Assembly (NCBI GenBank): GCA_963805975.1
Contig: CAWDVR010000004.1
Location: 192,001-256,000 of the forward strand
Direction: 5' to 3'
DNA length: 64,000 nucleotides
From: an uncultured Acidobacteriota bacterium
Lineage (GTDB): Bacteria > Acidobacteriota > Thermoanaerobaculia > Multivoradales > SZUA-115
Every line of letters starts with the position of its first letter. The first letter of the stretch is position 1. The translations under genes were made by a program, and so were the position numbers. The notes below the pieces were generated by a model. The model was given only the letters and a program-made list of their open reading frames with translations, was not told the DNA's origin and made no database searches. Below are positions 28,331-38,342 of this stretch, one piece after another.

Positions 28331-28415
28331 GGATGGATTCCCGCTTGCGCGGGAATGACACTTCTGGAAGGGGCCTTGCTCAAGCCGTCATTCGCGCGCA
28401 AGCGGGAATCCATCC
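28331..28415. repeat. Inverted pair of ATTCCC-N8-GGGAAT REP-like elements
   Basis: GGATGGATTCCCGCTTGCGCGGGAATGAC (28331-28359) and its near reverse complement (28387-28415, one mismatch). Confidence 0.85.
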
Positions 28416-28510
28416 GACGCTCGATGTGCCACGGGCAGAGGCTTCCCAAGCCTCTACCACCGTCCGACCAGTTGCCGGCCCTGCGAGACCGGGGGAAGAT
28501 AGGCCCTCCG

Positions 28511-30112
28511 ATGGCTTTTCAATCTGTTGGGCCGAGCTCCGCGCCGGACCGGCCGCCGCGCTGGCTGCTCGCCCTCGCGCTGCTGCCGGTGGGCTTCTAC
28601 CTGGCTGCCGAGTGGCAGGCGACGGGAAGCGTGCTGGGCCTGCCGCTCGACGACAGCTTCATCCATCTCCAGTTCGGCAAGAGCCTTGCCGCCGGCCAGG
28701 GCCTCGCCTACAACCCGGGCGAGCAGGTGGGCGGCTCGACCGCGCCGCTGTGGACGGCGCTGGTCTCGCTGCTCTTCTTCCTGCCCGGCCCGGTGATCGC
28801 CTGGACCAAGCTCCTGGGCATCGCCCTGCACCTGGGCGTGGTGGCGGCCACTTGGCGGCTGGCGCGGGAGCTCGGCCTGCCGCGTGGGCTCGCCACCCTG
28901 GCCGCCGCGCTGACCGCCGGCACCTACTGGCTCGTCTGGTCGGCGCTCTCGGGGATGGAGGTCCCACTCTTCACCCTGCTCACCCTCTCGGGGCTCGTGC
29001 TGCAAGTGCGCGACCGCCGTGAGCCTGGGCGGCTGCCCCTCTCCTTCGCCCTCTTCGCGGCTGCGGCCCTGGCGCGGCCGGAAGGACTGCTCCTTCTGGC
29101 GCTGGCGATCGTCGACCGGCTGCTGGTGGTGGAGCCGAGCGCGGGTGGCTGGAGCCTCGCTGCTCTCCCCTGGCGTGCGATCGGCCGCGGGCTCTTGCTC
29201 GCGGTGCTGATCGTGGTGCCCACGGCGTGGGCCTACCAGGCGATGGGCGGCTCGCCGCTGCCCTCCACCTTCGCGGTCAAGGCGGGCTCGGCCCCGCGCC
29301 TGCTGCCGGACTTGCGGTACGTACACCTCGTGCTGGGCATCCTGATGAAGCCACAGCCCTGGATGGCCCTCCTGGCCGGAGCCGGGGTGATGAGGCTCGC
29401 CGAGCGCCTGGGCTCGAAGGAGGACCGCGGCCTGCTGCCCGGGCTCTGGGTGCTGGGGTTGCCGGTGGCCTACTCGCTGCTCTCGCCGCCGGGGGCGAGC
29501 CCGCTGGTGGGCAACTTCGGGCGCTACTTCTTTCCCCTGTTCCCCCCGCTCGTGGTGCTCGGCGCCCTCGGCCTGGCGCCGCTCGCCGCCGCGCTCGCCG
29601 GCGGCGCCGGCCGAAGCTCCCGGCGCTTCGCGCTGGCCGCGGCGGCGACCGCCCTGCTCGTCGCACCGAGCCTCGTCGCGCTGGCGAAGAACGCCCGTTT
29701 CTACGCCACCAACGTCGCCAACCTCGAAGCGAGCGACGTCACGCTCGGCCGCCTCCTCGCCGCGCGGGTGCCGGCCGCGGCGGTGGTCGCGGTGGAGGAC
29801 ATCGGCGCCATCAAATACCTGGCGCCGCAGCGGGTGGTCGACCTCGTGGGCCTGGTCTCGCCCGAGGTGCTGCGAGCCGCGCGCGACGCCCGGTCCCCAT
29901 CGGACCCCGCCGGCGACCGCGGGGTCGCGGCGCTCCTCGAGCGCGAGCAGCCGGACCTGGTCGCCGCCTTCTCCAACTTCCGGCCGCGCCTCTTCGGCGA
30001 CCCCGGCCGCTTCCGGCCGCTGATCAGGCTCCCGGTGCCGGAGAACATCACCATGGCGGGCGACGAGCTGGTGCTCTACGCGACACCCTGGTGCCGGTTC
30101 GAGGTGCGATAG
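28511..30112 (+). CDS. GT-C fold membrane glycosyltransferase (AftB/TfpW-like motif)
   Basis: 'LDDSFIHLQF...G.G..YN.GE..G.T.PLW', 'SGME', 'RPEG', 'RYF.P', 'DIG.IKY', 'DLVGL'. Confidence 0.75.
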   Translation: MAFQSVGPSSAPDRPPRWLLALALLPVGFYLAAEWQATGSVLGLPLDDSFIHLQFGKSLAAGQGLAYNPGEQVGGSTAPLWTALVSLLFFLPGPVIAWTKLLGIALHLGVVAATWRLARELGLPRGLATLAAALTAGTYWLVWSALSGMEVPLFTLLTLSGLVLQVRDRREPGRLPLSFALFAAAALARPEGLLLLALAIVDRLLVVEPSAGGWSLAALPWRAIGRGLLLAVLIVVPTAWAYQAMGGSPLPSTFAVKAGSAPRLLPDLRYVHLVLGILMKPQPWMALLAGAGVMRLAERLGSKEDRGLLPGLWVLGLPVAYSLLSPPGASPLVGNFGRYFFPLFPPLVVLGALGLAPLAAALAGGAGRSSRRFALAAAATALLVAPSLVALAKNARFYATNVANLEASDVTLGRLLAARVPAAAVVAVEDIGAIKYLAPQRVVDLVGLVSPEVLRAARDARSPSDPAGDRGVAALLEREQPDLVAAFSNFRPRLFGDPGRFRPLIRLPVPENITMAGDELVLYATPWCRFEVR

Positions 30113-30126
30113 GTACAATCCCGCCC

Positions 30127-31227
30127 GTGAACGTCCCCCCGATCGACCTCACCCGCGTCCATGCCCGCATCGCCGGCGAGCTCCAGTCCCGCTGGCAGCG
30201 CGTTCTCGCCTCCACCTCCTTCGTTCTCGGTGCCGAGGTCCGGGAGCTCGAGGAGTCCTTCAGCCGCTACCTCGGCGCGGCCGGCTGCGTGGCCGTCGCC
30301 AACGGCACGGACGCCCTGGTGCTGGCGCTGCGCGCGCTGGATCTCGCGCCCGGGGACGAGGTGCTGGTGCCGGCCTTCACCTTCTTCGCCACCGCCGAGG
30401 CCGTGATCCTGGCCGGCGGCAAGCCGGTGTTCGTGGACGTCGACCCGCGCACCCTGAACCTCGACCCCGAGGACGCGCGGGCGCGCGTCACCGAGGCCAC
30501 CGTGGGGGTGATCGGCGTCCACCTCTACGGCCGGCCGTTCGACGTCGCCCAGGTGGAGGCCCTCTGCGAGGAGCAGGGCCTCTGGCTGCTCGAGGACGCG
30601 GCCCAGGCCCAGGGCGCCTCCTGGCAGGAGCGCAAGGTGGGCACCCTCGGCAAGCTCGCCGCCTGGAGCTTCTACCCCACCAAGAACCTCGGCTGCTTCG
30701 GCGACGGCGGCGCCGTCACCGGGCCGGACGCCGTGCTCCTGGGGCGCGTCCGGAGCCTCGCCAACCACGGCCAGCAGGGCCGCTACAACCACCTCGAGGT
30801 GGGGACCAACAGCCGCCTGGACAGCCTCCAGGCCGCGGTCCTCAACTGCCGGCTGCCGCTCCTCGACCTCGACAACGCCCGCCGCCGCGAGCTCGCCTGC
30901 CGCTACCACGGCGCGCTCTCCGGCGTCGGCGACCTGAAGCTGATCGACGACCCGCCCGAGACCTTCTCCGTCTACCACCAGTACACCGTCCGCACCGCCC
31001 GTCGCGACGACCTCCAGGCCCACCTGGGCGCGGCCGGCATCGTGAGCTCCGTCCACTACCCCTCGCCCGTCCACCTCCAGCCGGCCCTGGCCGACCGCGG
31101 CACGCCGCCCTCCCTGCCGCACGCCGAGGCCGCCGCCCGCGAAGTGCTCTGCCTGCCGATCTTCCCGGAGATGACCAACGAGGAATCGGACCGCGTGTGC
31201 GCAGCGGTGCGCGAGTTCTACGGCTGA
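30127..31227 (+). CDS. DegT/DnrJ/EryC1/StrS sugar aminotransferase
   Basis: 'ANGTDAL', 'EDAAQA.G', 'SFYPTKNLG..GDGG', 'NSRLD..QAA'. Confidence 0.95.
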   Translation: MNVPPIDLTRVHARIAGELQSRWQRVLASTSFVLGAEVRELEESFSRYLGAAGCVAVANGTDALVLALRALDLAPGDEVLVPAFTFFATAEAVILAGGKPVFVDVDPRTLNLDPEDARARVTEATVGVIGVHLYGRPFDVAQVEALCEEQGLWLLEDAAQAQGASWQERKVGTLGKLAAWSFYPTKNLGCFGDGGAVTGPDAVLLGRVRSLANHGQQGRYNHLEVGTNSRLDSLQAAVLNCRLPLLDLDNARRRELACRYHGALSGVGDLKLIDDPPETFSVYHQYTVRTARRDDLQAHLGAAGIVSSVHYPSPVHLQPALADRGTPPSLPHAEAAAREVLCLPIFPEMTNEESDRVCAAVREFYG

Positions 31228-32150
31228 GCGCCGACCTTCTCCGCCACCACGTACAGGGGCCGGGACAGGCCGGCGGTGAAGATGCGGCCCAGGTACTCGC
31301 CGAGGATGCCCAGGGTGAGGAGCTGGATGCCGCCCAGGAGGGAGAGCAAGCCCGCCGTGGAGGCCCATCCTGGCACCGCGAAGCCGGTCGCCAGGCGCAC
31401 CGTGATCACGTAGGCGAGGTAGGCGAAGGAGGCGAGCGAGACCAGGGCTCCCAGGGCGCTCGCCAGGCGCAGCGGCACCACCGAGAAGCCCAGGATGCCG
31501 TCGAGCGACAGGCGGACCATGCGCCGCAGGGTGTAGCTCGGCGTGCCGCCCAGGCGCTCCTCGGCCGCAAAGGGCAGGTAGGCCGTGGGCAGCCCCAGCC
31601 AGGGCAGGAGGCCGCGCAGGAAGGGTGCCGGCCCGGCGGCGCGGAGCACGGCGTCGCGCGCCGCGCGCGAGAGCAGGCGGAAGTCCGCGGCGCCCTCCCG
31701 CAAAGGTACCCCGGCCAGCCGCTGGAGCAGGCGGTAGAAGAGGCGGGAGGTCGCGCGCTTGAAGAGGCCCTCGCCGGCGCCCTTCTGCCGCACGCCTTGC
31801 ACCACCGCGAAGCCCTGGCGCCAGCGTGCGAGGAAAGCGGGCAGGAGCTCCGGCGGGTGCTGGCCGTCGGCGTCCAGCATCAAGACGGCCTCGCCGCGGG
31901 CCGCCTCGAGCCCGGCGACCAGTGCCGCCTGGTGGCCGAAGTTGCGCGAGAGGCGCAGGCCCGAGACCGCCGGCAGCCGCGCGGCGAGCCGGCCGATCTC
32001 GGCCCAGGTGCCGTCGGAGGAGCCGTCGTCGACCACGATCACCTCGACCTCTTCGCCGGCGAGCGCGGCGAGCACCCGCTCCACCACGCGCGCCAGGGCC
32101 TGCGCCTCGTCGTGCGCCGGCATCACCACGGAGATCAGGGCGGAGCTCAC
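31218..32150 (-). CDS. GT2 polyprenol-phosphate glycosyltransferase (GtrB/ArnC-like)
   Basis: 'VDDGSSD', 'SRNFGHQ.AL.AG', 'DADGQHPPE', 'ADFRL', two C-terminal TMs. Confidence 0.9.
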   Translation of the reverse strand: MSSALISVVMPAHDEAQALARVVERVLAALAGEEVEVIVVDDGSSDGTWAEIGRLAARLPAVSGLRLSRNFGHQAALVAGLEAARGEAVLMLDADGQHPPELLPAFLARWRQGFAVVQGVRQKGAGEGLFKRATSRLFYRLLQRLAGVPLREGAADFRLLSRAARDAVLRAAGPAPFLRGLLPWLGLPTAYLPFAAEERLGGTPSYTLRRMVRLSLDGILGFSVVPLRLASALGALVSLASFAYLAYVITVRLATGFAVPGWASTAGLLSLLGGIQLLTLGILGEYLGRIFTAGLSRPLYVVAEKVGAQP

Positions 32151-33919
32151 GACCCCGCCCCCAGCCTTCCCGATGGGGCCGGCCGAAAGACGTCCCACGG
32201 GCCGATCGTCGTCAGGTGCTCGTACGAGCGGGCGAGGGTCACGATCATCCGGCGCGAGAGCGGCGTGTTGTACTTGTCCCGTCCGGCGTAGAAGATCAGC
32301 GCCGGTGGCTTCCTGCCGAGCTCGGCCTGCACCCGCGCGGCATCCTGCTCGTCGAGCACGCCGAGCGCGAAGTTGAAGAAGCGGAACGGGTTCTCACGCC
32401 CGGAGAGGAAGTAGAGCTCGGACGAGCTCGGCAGGGCGAAGAAGGTCTCGCCAGGCCCCACCTCGCGCTCGATCAGCGCCAGGGCGGCGGTGTAGGTGGC
32501 GAGGTCCGGGGCGTCGATCCGCAGGCCGCAGCGGGGGATCGCCGACGCCGTCGCGACCATCGGAACCCGCACCCCGGCGAGGAGCTTCTCCCAGCCGCGA
32601 TTGGCGGTCTGCCCGGCGTGGAAGAAGAGGGCGATGCCGGCCGCTGCCGCGACCACCGCCTGCACCGCGCGCCGCGGTCTCGGGCCGGCCTCCGCCGCCA
32701 GCCACAGGGCGCCCAATGCCGTCACGCCGATCGTGAAATAGAGGTAGGTCGGGTTCTGGAAGTGGACCGAGACCACGGCATAGAACACCGCGAGCCAGGG
32801 CAGGGGAGCGGGCGTGCCACCGCGCCGCAACCGCCAGAGGAGAGCCACGCCCAGCGCCGCGGCGGAGAACGGCAGCAGCATCCAGAACAGGCCGTTGACG
32901 AACGCGGCCGGGCTGGCCGGTTCGAGCATCACCCCCCAGCCGCCGGTGACCAGCGTGGTGAGGAAGTTCTGGCCGTGGATGAAGGGCAGCGCGGTCAGGG
33001 CCGCGGCCGTCACCACCACGTCGTGGTACCAGGAGGCGAAGGAGCCCATGGCCGCGTGGTAGGCGAGGAGCGGTGCCACCGCCGCGAGCGCGCCGAGCGA
33101 GAGTCCCCCCAGACGACGCAGAGCCGGACCGTCCGCCATCCGCGTCCGGAGGAAGGTCCAGCCCAGCAACAGCAGAGGCCAGAGTCCGAACAGCAGGAAG
33201 CCGGAAGCGTCCGTCTTCTTCCCCAGGTAGGTGGCGAGGCCGGCTGCCGCGATCGCCAGCGTGCCGCGCGCCACCCACGGCCTCCGGCCGCTCTCGTCGC
33301 CCTCCCCGTGCTCGGCCAGCAGATAGGCCGTGAGCCCGATCGCCACCAGCACGCCGGTGAGCTGGCGGAAGCAGAACGTCAGGCCGACGACGAAGCCGAG
33401 CGCGGGGTCGCGCCAGCGCGACTCGCGCGGCAGGCGGGTGAGGGCCGCGACCAGCACGAAGAAGAGGAGCTGCGAGTACCAGTGGGCGGTGGGGTCGAGG
33501 TAGAGGAGCACGCCGAGAGCGGGCACCGCACAGGCCGCGATCGCCGCCGTCACGGCGCCGGAGCGCCGGAAGAGCCAGAAGGCGATCGCCGCCTGCGCCA
33601 GAGCGGCCACCATCAGCGGGTAGCGGAGCGAGACCATGCGGCGGCCGAAGGCGGCCATGGTCGCGGCATGGAGGAAGTTCACGTAGCCCATGTGGATGTC
33701 CTGCACGTCGCGGTTCAGCACCGCGCCGTCGAGCACCCGCTCGGCCACGTGAGCGTAGTTGCCCTCGTCCGCCGGCCACCAGAACCGGTCGTAGAAAACG
33801 GCCACCACCAGGAGGTTGAACACGGCGGCGAGGGCGGCGGCGATGGCGAGCGAGCGCCGCGCCGGCGGGCCGCCCACCACGGCTGGGGACGGGGAGGCAG
33901 CGGTCGGCGGCGCGTCCAT
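32147..33919 (-). CDS. GT-C fold membrane glycosyltransferase (ArnT/PMT-like)
   Basis: Polytopic; first-loop 'ADEGNY..VA.R.L.G....RD' motif. Confidence 0.7.
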   Translation of the reverse strand: MDAPPTAASPSPAVVGGPPARRSLAIAAALAAVFNLLVVAVFYDRFWWPADEGNYAHVAERVLDGAVLNRDVQDIHMGYVNFLHAATMAAFGRRMVSLRYPLMVAALAQAAIAFWLFRRSGAVTAAIAACAVPALGVLLYLDPTAHWYSQLLFFVLVAALTRLPRESRWRDPALGFVVGLTFCFRQLTGVLVAIGLTAYLLAEHGEGDESGRRPWVARGTLAIAAAGLATYLGKKTDASGFLLFGLWPLLLLGWTFLRTRMADGPALRRLGGLSLGALAAVAPLLAYHAAMGSFASWYHDVVVTAAALTALPFIHGQNFLTTLVTGGWGVMLEPASPAAFVNGLFWMLLPFSAAALGVALLWRLRRGGTPAPLPWLAVFYAVVSVHFQNPTYLYFTIGVTALGALWLAAEAGPRPRRAVQAVVAAAAGIALFFHAGQTANRGWEKLLAGVRVPMVATASAIPRCGLRIDAPDLATYTAALALIEREVGPGETFFALPSSSELYFLSGRENPFRFFNFALGVLDEQDAARVQAELGRKPPALIFYAGRDKYNTPLSRRMIVTLARSYEHLTTIGPWDVFRPAPSGRLGAGS

Positions 33920-34008
33920 GGCCACGGGTATCGCGGGGAGAAAGCGAGGCGCGGCAGTATAGGCGAAGGGAGAAGAGGGCCCCGGAGCCGGGTGCTACCA
34001 TCCCGCCA

Positions 34009-36043
34009 ATGCCGTCCAGCCGTGAGGGAGCGGCGCCGCCCGCGGCGGGCTCGGGAGCCTCCGCCTGGGTCGCGCGGTGCACGAACCTGGGCCTCGGCCT
34101 CGGGCTGGCGCTGGGGCTCGTCGGCCAGACGGTGCTGCACCTCCACGACGGCAAGATCGGCCTCGCCTTCCTGCCGGCGACCGTGGCCTTGACGGCCATG
34201 ACCTTCGGCCTCGGCGGCACCTTGCTCGCGCTGCCGACGGCGCCCATCCGAAGCTCTCGCTGGGCGCGCTGGCTCGCCGCCGGCGGCCTCGCCGGGTTCA
34301 CCTTCTTCCACCTGGTCTCGGTCTGGGTCCGGGTCTGGACGGGGGTCTTTGCCACCGTGGCACCGATCCAGATGCTGCTCGCGAGCCCGGAGCAGTTTCT
34401 GCGAGCCGGCCTCGCCGGGCAGGGCCGGCGGATCGCCCTGCTGCTCGCGGTGACCGCCGCCCTGGGGGTGCTCCTCGCCCGACTGCTGTCGCGCCCGGCT
34501 CCTGCCGGCGGCTGGAGAAGGTCTTTGCTCACCGGGCTCGGGCTGGCCGCGACCCTCGCCTGGGTGGCGTTCTCGCCGGCGCTCTCCGGCCCCGTGCGCA
34601 TCCTGCAAGGGTCGACGCCGGAGATGCGCTGGCTCTCGACCCTGGTGGCACAGCGTTCGGCCCTCGAGCAGGGCGTGGAGCTCGTGCCGGTGCCGGCCGG
34701 GGAGCCGCTGTCGGCGGCGCGCGAGTGGCAGGCGGAAGCGGCAGAGAGCGGCGGGCCGCGGCCGAACGTGCTGCTGCTGATGCTCGAGTCGGTGTCCGCG
34801 AACCATCTGCACTACGCCGGCTATCCGCGGCCAGTGAGCCCTCATCTCGACCGTCTGGCCGCCGAGGGCTGGAACTTCTCCCGCACCTGGACCATGGCCA
34901 CCCAGTCCAACTACGCGCAGACCTCCATCCTCTCCTCGCTGCTGCCGATGCGCCGCCGCCAGCTCGAGACCTACGTGCGGCTCGACTATCCCCGCTTCCT
35001 GTTCCACGACCTCTTCCATGCCTACGGCTACGAGACGGCGACGATCTCCTCCCAGAACGAGGAGTGGCAGGGCATGCGCCGTTTCGAGACCACGGCGACC
35101 CCGACGCACTTCTTCCACTCCCTGGACCACCCGGGCCCGCACCTCGGCCGCGGCGCCGAGCGCAAGCTCCCCGACCATCTGACCGTGGAGCACCTGCTCT
35201 CCTGGCTCGACGGCAGAGACCGACCCTGGGCGGCGTACGTCAACTTCCAGCGCACCCATTTCCCGTACGAGCCGGCGCCCGGCTTCCGGGGCCCTTTTCA
35301 ACCCTCCGAGCCGGAGGCCTCGACCTTCAGCTTCCTCAACTACCCGCCGTCGGAGATTCCCGCGGCCATCAACCGCTACGACAACGCCCTGCTCTACGTG
35401 GACGCCCAGGTGGGCCGCGTCGTCGAGTACCTGGAGCGCACGGGCCAGGCCGAGCGCACGCTCCTCGCCGTGGTCGCCGATCACGGCGAGCACTTCGGTG
35501 AAGGCGGCCAGGTGGGCCACGGCACCACCCTCGACGAGATCGCGGTACGGGTGCCGCTGCTCCTCTACTGGCCCAAAACATTGGCGCCGCGCCGCATCGA
35601 GACCCCGGTCTCGACCCTCGACCTGCTGCCGACGCTCGCCGACCTCGCGGGCGCCCGGCCCCACCCCGCCTTCCAGGGGCGGAGCTTCCGCGATCCCGCG
35701 GCCTACGCCGCGGCCCGCCCGGCTCTGTTCGCCACCCTGCAGAGCCTGGGAAGCAACTACGCCGTGGTCTGCTGGCCGTGGAAGCTGACCGCCAACTGGA
35801 GCGCCTCCGAGGTGGAGATCCTGCGCCTGGAGGGAGACTTCGAGGAGCGGCAGCTCACCTCGGCCGCGACCGAGGTGGCCGGCGAGAAGCTGCTCGCACT
35901 GGTGGCGAGCCAGCGCCGTGCGCAGCTCGACTATTACCTGGGAGACGACCTGCGGCGCGACCGGGAGTTCGCCCCGCGCCCGCTCGTCCTGCCCGGCCGA
36001 CCTGCCGGAGTACGAGCCGTCCGGGGCGGCTCCTCCACCCTAG
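34009..36043 (+). CDS. Membrane-anchored sulfatase/LTA-synthase-fold protein; apparent +1 frameshift near 35985
   Basis: TMs then 'PNVLLLMLES', 'THFPY', 'YDNAL.YVD', 'ADHGE', 'RVPLL'; natural-looking end '..SCPADLPEYEPSGAAPPP*' lies in the +1 frame. Confidence 0.8.
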
Positions 36044-37893
36044 CGCGAGGCGGCCGCCACCGGCTTCACCGGCACCTCGGCGAGCAGGAAGGAAGCGACG
36101 TTGGCGAGCTCGTCGCGCAGGCCCACGGCCACCGAGTGGTCGCCTTGGCGCATCAGCATCTTGACCTCGTAGACGTAGAGCTTCCCCCGCGCCTCCTCGA
36201 GACGCGCGGTCGGGATGGCGATCGGGATCGCCGTGGAGCGCACCGGCGCCAGCTTCCCCTGACGGTCGCGAGCTCCCACTTGCAGGCTCAGGCGGCCGAC
36301 GTGGTTTCCTCCCTGGGCGATCAGCGTCAGCTTGCCCAGCGGGATGCGTACCCGGATCGGCACCGAGAAGAGGGTGCCGTCGAGCGACAGCGGCTCGCCC
36401 ACCTCGATCGCCAGGGCGAGGGGGTTCTCCTCGACGCCGAAGAGCAGAGAGCCCAGGGTCAGGTCGGCCAGCTCCTGTTCTCCGGACTTGACCGAGAGGC
36501 TGCGGCGGTAGCGCACCTCGACCCCGCGCCGCTTCACTTTGACCTCGATGCGCCGGGACCCGTCGCCACCGCGGGCGGCGGCGTCGGTCACCCGGTAGCC
36601 CAGGGAGTAGAAGCTGTCGAGGTCGCTCGCCACGGCGCCGAGCGCGGAGCCCAGGTCGCCGGCGTTGAGCACCGCCTGGCCGCCGGTCTCGTCCGCCATC
36701 ACGTGCAGCGAGTCCTGGAAGTTGGCGCGCTGCACCAGATCCACCGACTGGAAGGTGAGGAGGCGGCTCTCGACCTCGGCGAGCGCGGAGGCGGGCGGCC
36801 GTGGTCCGGTGGCCTCGAGGGTGAAGAAGGTGACCTTGTTGGCGTTGGCGCGCTCGGTGAGGCGCCGGAAGAGCTCGTCCGCGGCAAAGCTCGCGGCCTC
36901 GAGCTGGAGGGCCTGCACGTTGAGCGCCTCCGGGCCGAGGAGGGTCGCGTCGTGCACCGCTCCGGCCATGCCCGAGGTCGCGGCACCTCCGCCGCAGATC
37001 TGGTAGAGCAACTCGAAGGCTTCCTGCCCCGGCACCAGTGGCAGGCCGTCGGAGAGGTAGAGGACGTTCTTCTTGCCCGGCAGGCCGGCGAGCGAATCGG
37101 TGAAGGAGCCGAGAGCGTCCAGCGTGCGGCGCACGTCCTCGTAGATCGAGCGCGCATAGTTTCTCGCCAGGTCGCCGAGCTGGGGCTCGCAGGAGCGGTT
37201 GCCGAGGCCCTGCTGCCCGCCGGGCGCGCCGGCCTCGCCTTCCTCCGACTCTCCGACCGTGCCCCCGACGATCTGCGTGGTCTGCTTGCCGCGCGTCAGC
37301 TCCTGGACCGACACCAGCTCCTCGAGCATGCGCCGCTGCCGGACCTCGGGGCCGGCGTCGACGAGCGGCATCTCCCGCAGCTTGCCGAGGACGGCCTGCA
37401 CCTGCTTGAACGAGGTGGTCGGCGCCAGCTCGACCGCGACGGTGTGGTTATAGCTCGCGAGCATCACCCGGTCGCCGCGGTCCATGCGCTCGCGCAGGAA
37501 CTTCTCGAGGTCGTCGAGGGCGCGGTTGCGGTGGAAGGCCGAGAGATTGTGGTTGTCGACGAAGACGACCAGGAACGAGGAGAGGGCCTCGGGCTCCGCC
37601 GGCCCGCCGGAGGCGGCTTCGACGCCCAGGGCCTCTTCCGTCACCCGCCGGCCGCCGTCCACGGCGTAGAAGTTGGTGAGCGGCACGGGCTTGCCATTCT
37701 CCAGGAGCTCGAAATCCTCGGCCGCGAGCCCGGTCACCGGCTGGCCGGAGCGGCTGCGGACGAAGACGTCGAGATTGGCGATCTCGACCTCCACCGTGTC
37801 CGTGAACGGGGCCGGGAGGGGCTCGTTCTCCGCCGCCGAAGCGAGAGATGTGGCCAGCGCGAGGCCGGCGATCGAGAGACGAAGGGCCTGCAT
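36040..37893 (-). CDS. Acidobacterial-type VWA domain protein
   Basis: 'FTDTVEVEIANLDVFV..RSG.PVTGL..EDFEL.E.G', 'VFVDN', 'PGKK.VLYLSDG', 'MADETGG', 'YSLGY'. Confidence 0.85.
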   Translation of the reverse strand: MQALRLSIAGLALATSLASAAENEPLPAPFTDTVEVEIANLDVFVRSRSGQPVTGLAAEDFELLENGKPVPLTNFYAVDGGRRVTEEALGVEAASGGPAEPEALSSFLVVFVDNHNLSAFHRNRALDDLEKFLRERMDRGDRVMLASYNHTVAVELAPTTSFKQVQAVLGKLREMPLVDAGPEVRQRRMLEELVSVQELTRGKQTTQIVGGTVGESEEGEAGAPGGQQGLGNRSCEPQLGDLARNYARSIYEDVRRTLDALGSFTDSLAGLPGKKNVLYLSDGLPLVPGQEAFELLYQICGGGAATSGMAGAVHDATLLGPEALNVQALQLEAASFAADELFRRLTERANANKVTFFTLEATGPRPPASALAEVESRLLTFQSVDLVQRANFQDSLHVMADETGGQAVLNAGDLGSALGAVASDLDSFYSLGYRVTDAAARGGDGSRRIEVKVKRRGVEVRYRRSLSVKSGEQELADLTLGSLLFGVEENPLALAIEVGEPLSLDGTLFSVPIRVRIPLGKLTLIAQGGNHVGRLSLQVGARDRQGKLAPVRSTAIPIAIPTARLEEARGKLYVYEVKMLMRQGDHSVAVGLRDELANVASFLLAEVPVKPVAAASR

Positions 37894-37947
37894 GGGAACC
37901 TCCCAAACGCGAAGCAAAGTCGGAATTCTGAACGAAACGCGCAATCC

Positions 37948-37963
37948 AGCAAGGCGTGTGCCG
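37948..37963 (-). promoter_or_regulatory. Sigma54 promoter upstream of the VWA gene
   Basis: Minus strand CGGCAC-ACGCC-TTGCT. Confidence 0.7.
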
Positions 37964-38073
37964 CGTGGCGGAAGCGCCCACCACGGCGCAAGAACGGGCC
38001 GGAGCGGCGGTGCGGAGAGACGGGTTTGTACCCAGTGGGAGACGAGAATGTGTCGACCAGGTCGCCGATCGGC

Positions 38074-38102
38074 TTGACTTAGTCCATGCCTTAGTCTAGC
38101 CT
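38074..38102 (+). promoter_or_regulatory. Sigma70-like promoter of vapBC with repeated operator-like boxes
   Basis: TTGACT-N17-TAGCCT; CTTAGTC occurs twice within it. Confidence 0.6.
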
Positions 38103-38111
38103 CGTCGAACC

Positions 38112-38342
38112 ATGACTCGGGTCAACGTCCACGAAGCCAAGACCCATCTCTCCCGCCTGCTGCAAAGGGTGGAGTCCGGTGAGGAGATCGTCATCTCCCG
38201 CGCTGGCCGACCCGTCGCCCGCCTGGTGCCGGAGCGGAAGGCCGCCGAGCGCAGGCTCGGGTTGGACCGCGGCCTCTTCGATGTGCCGGAGGACTTCGAT
38301 GCCCCGCTCCCGGCCGAGGTGCTCGAGGCCTTCTACCGTTGA
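38112..38342 (+). CDS. Phd/YefM antitoxin
   Basis: 'VNVHEAKTHLSRLL.RV..GEEIVI.RAG.PVARL', 'DFDAPLP'. Confidence 0.95.
   Translation: MTRVNVHEAKTHLSRLLQRVESGEEIVISRAGRPVARLVPERKAAERRLGLDRGLFDVPEDFDAPLPAEVLEAFYR

Noticed and set aside
28413-28431. TGGCAC on the minus strand as a sigma54 promoter
   Set aside because: No GC at the -12 position with the required spacing.
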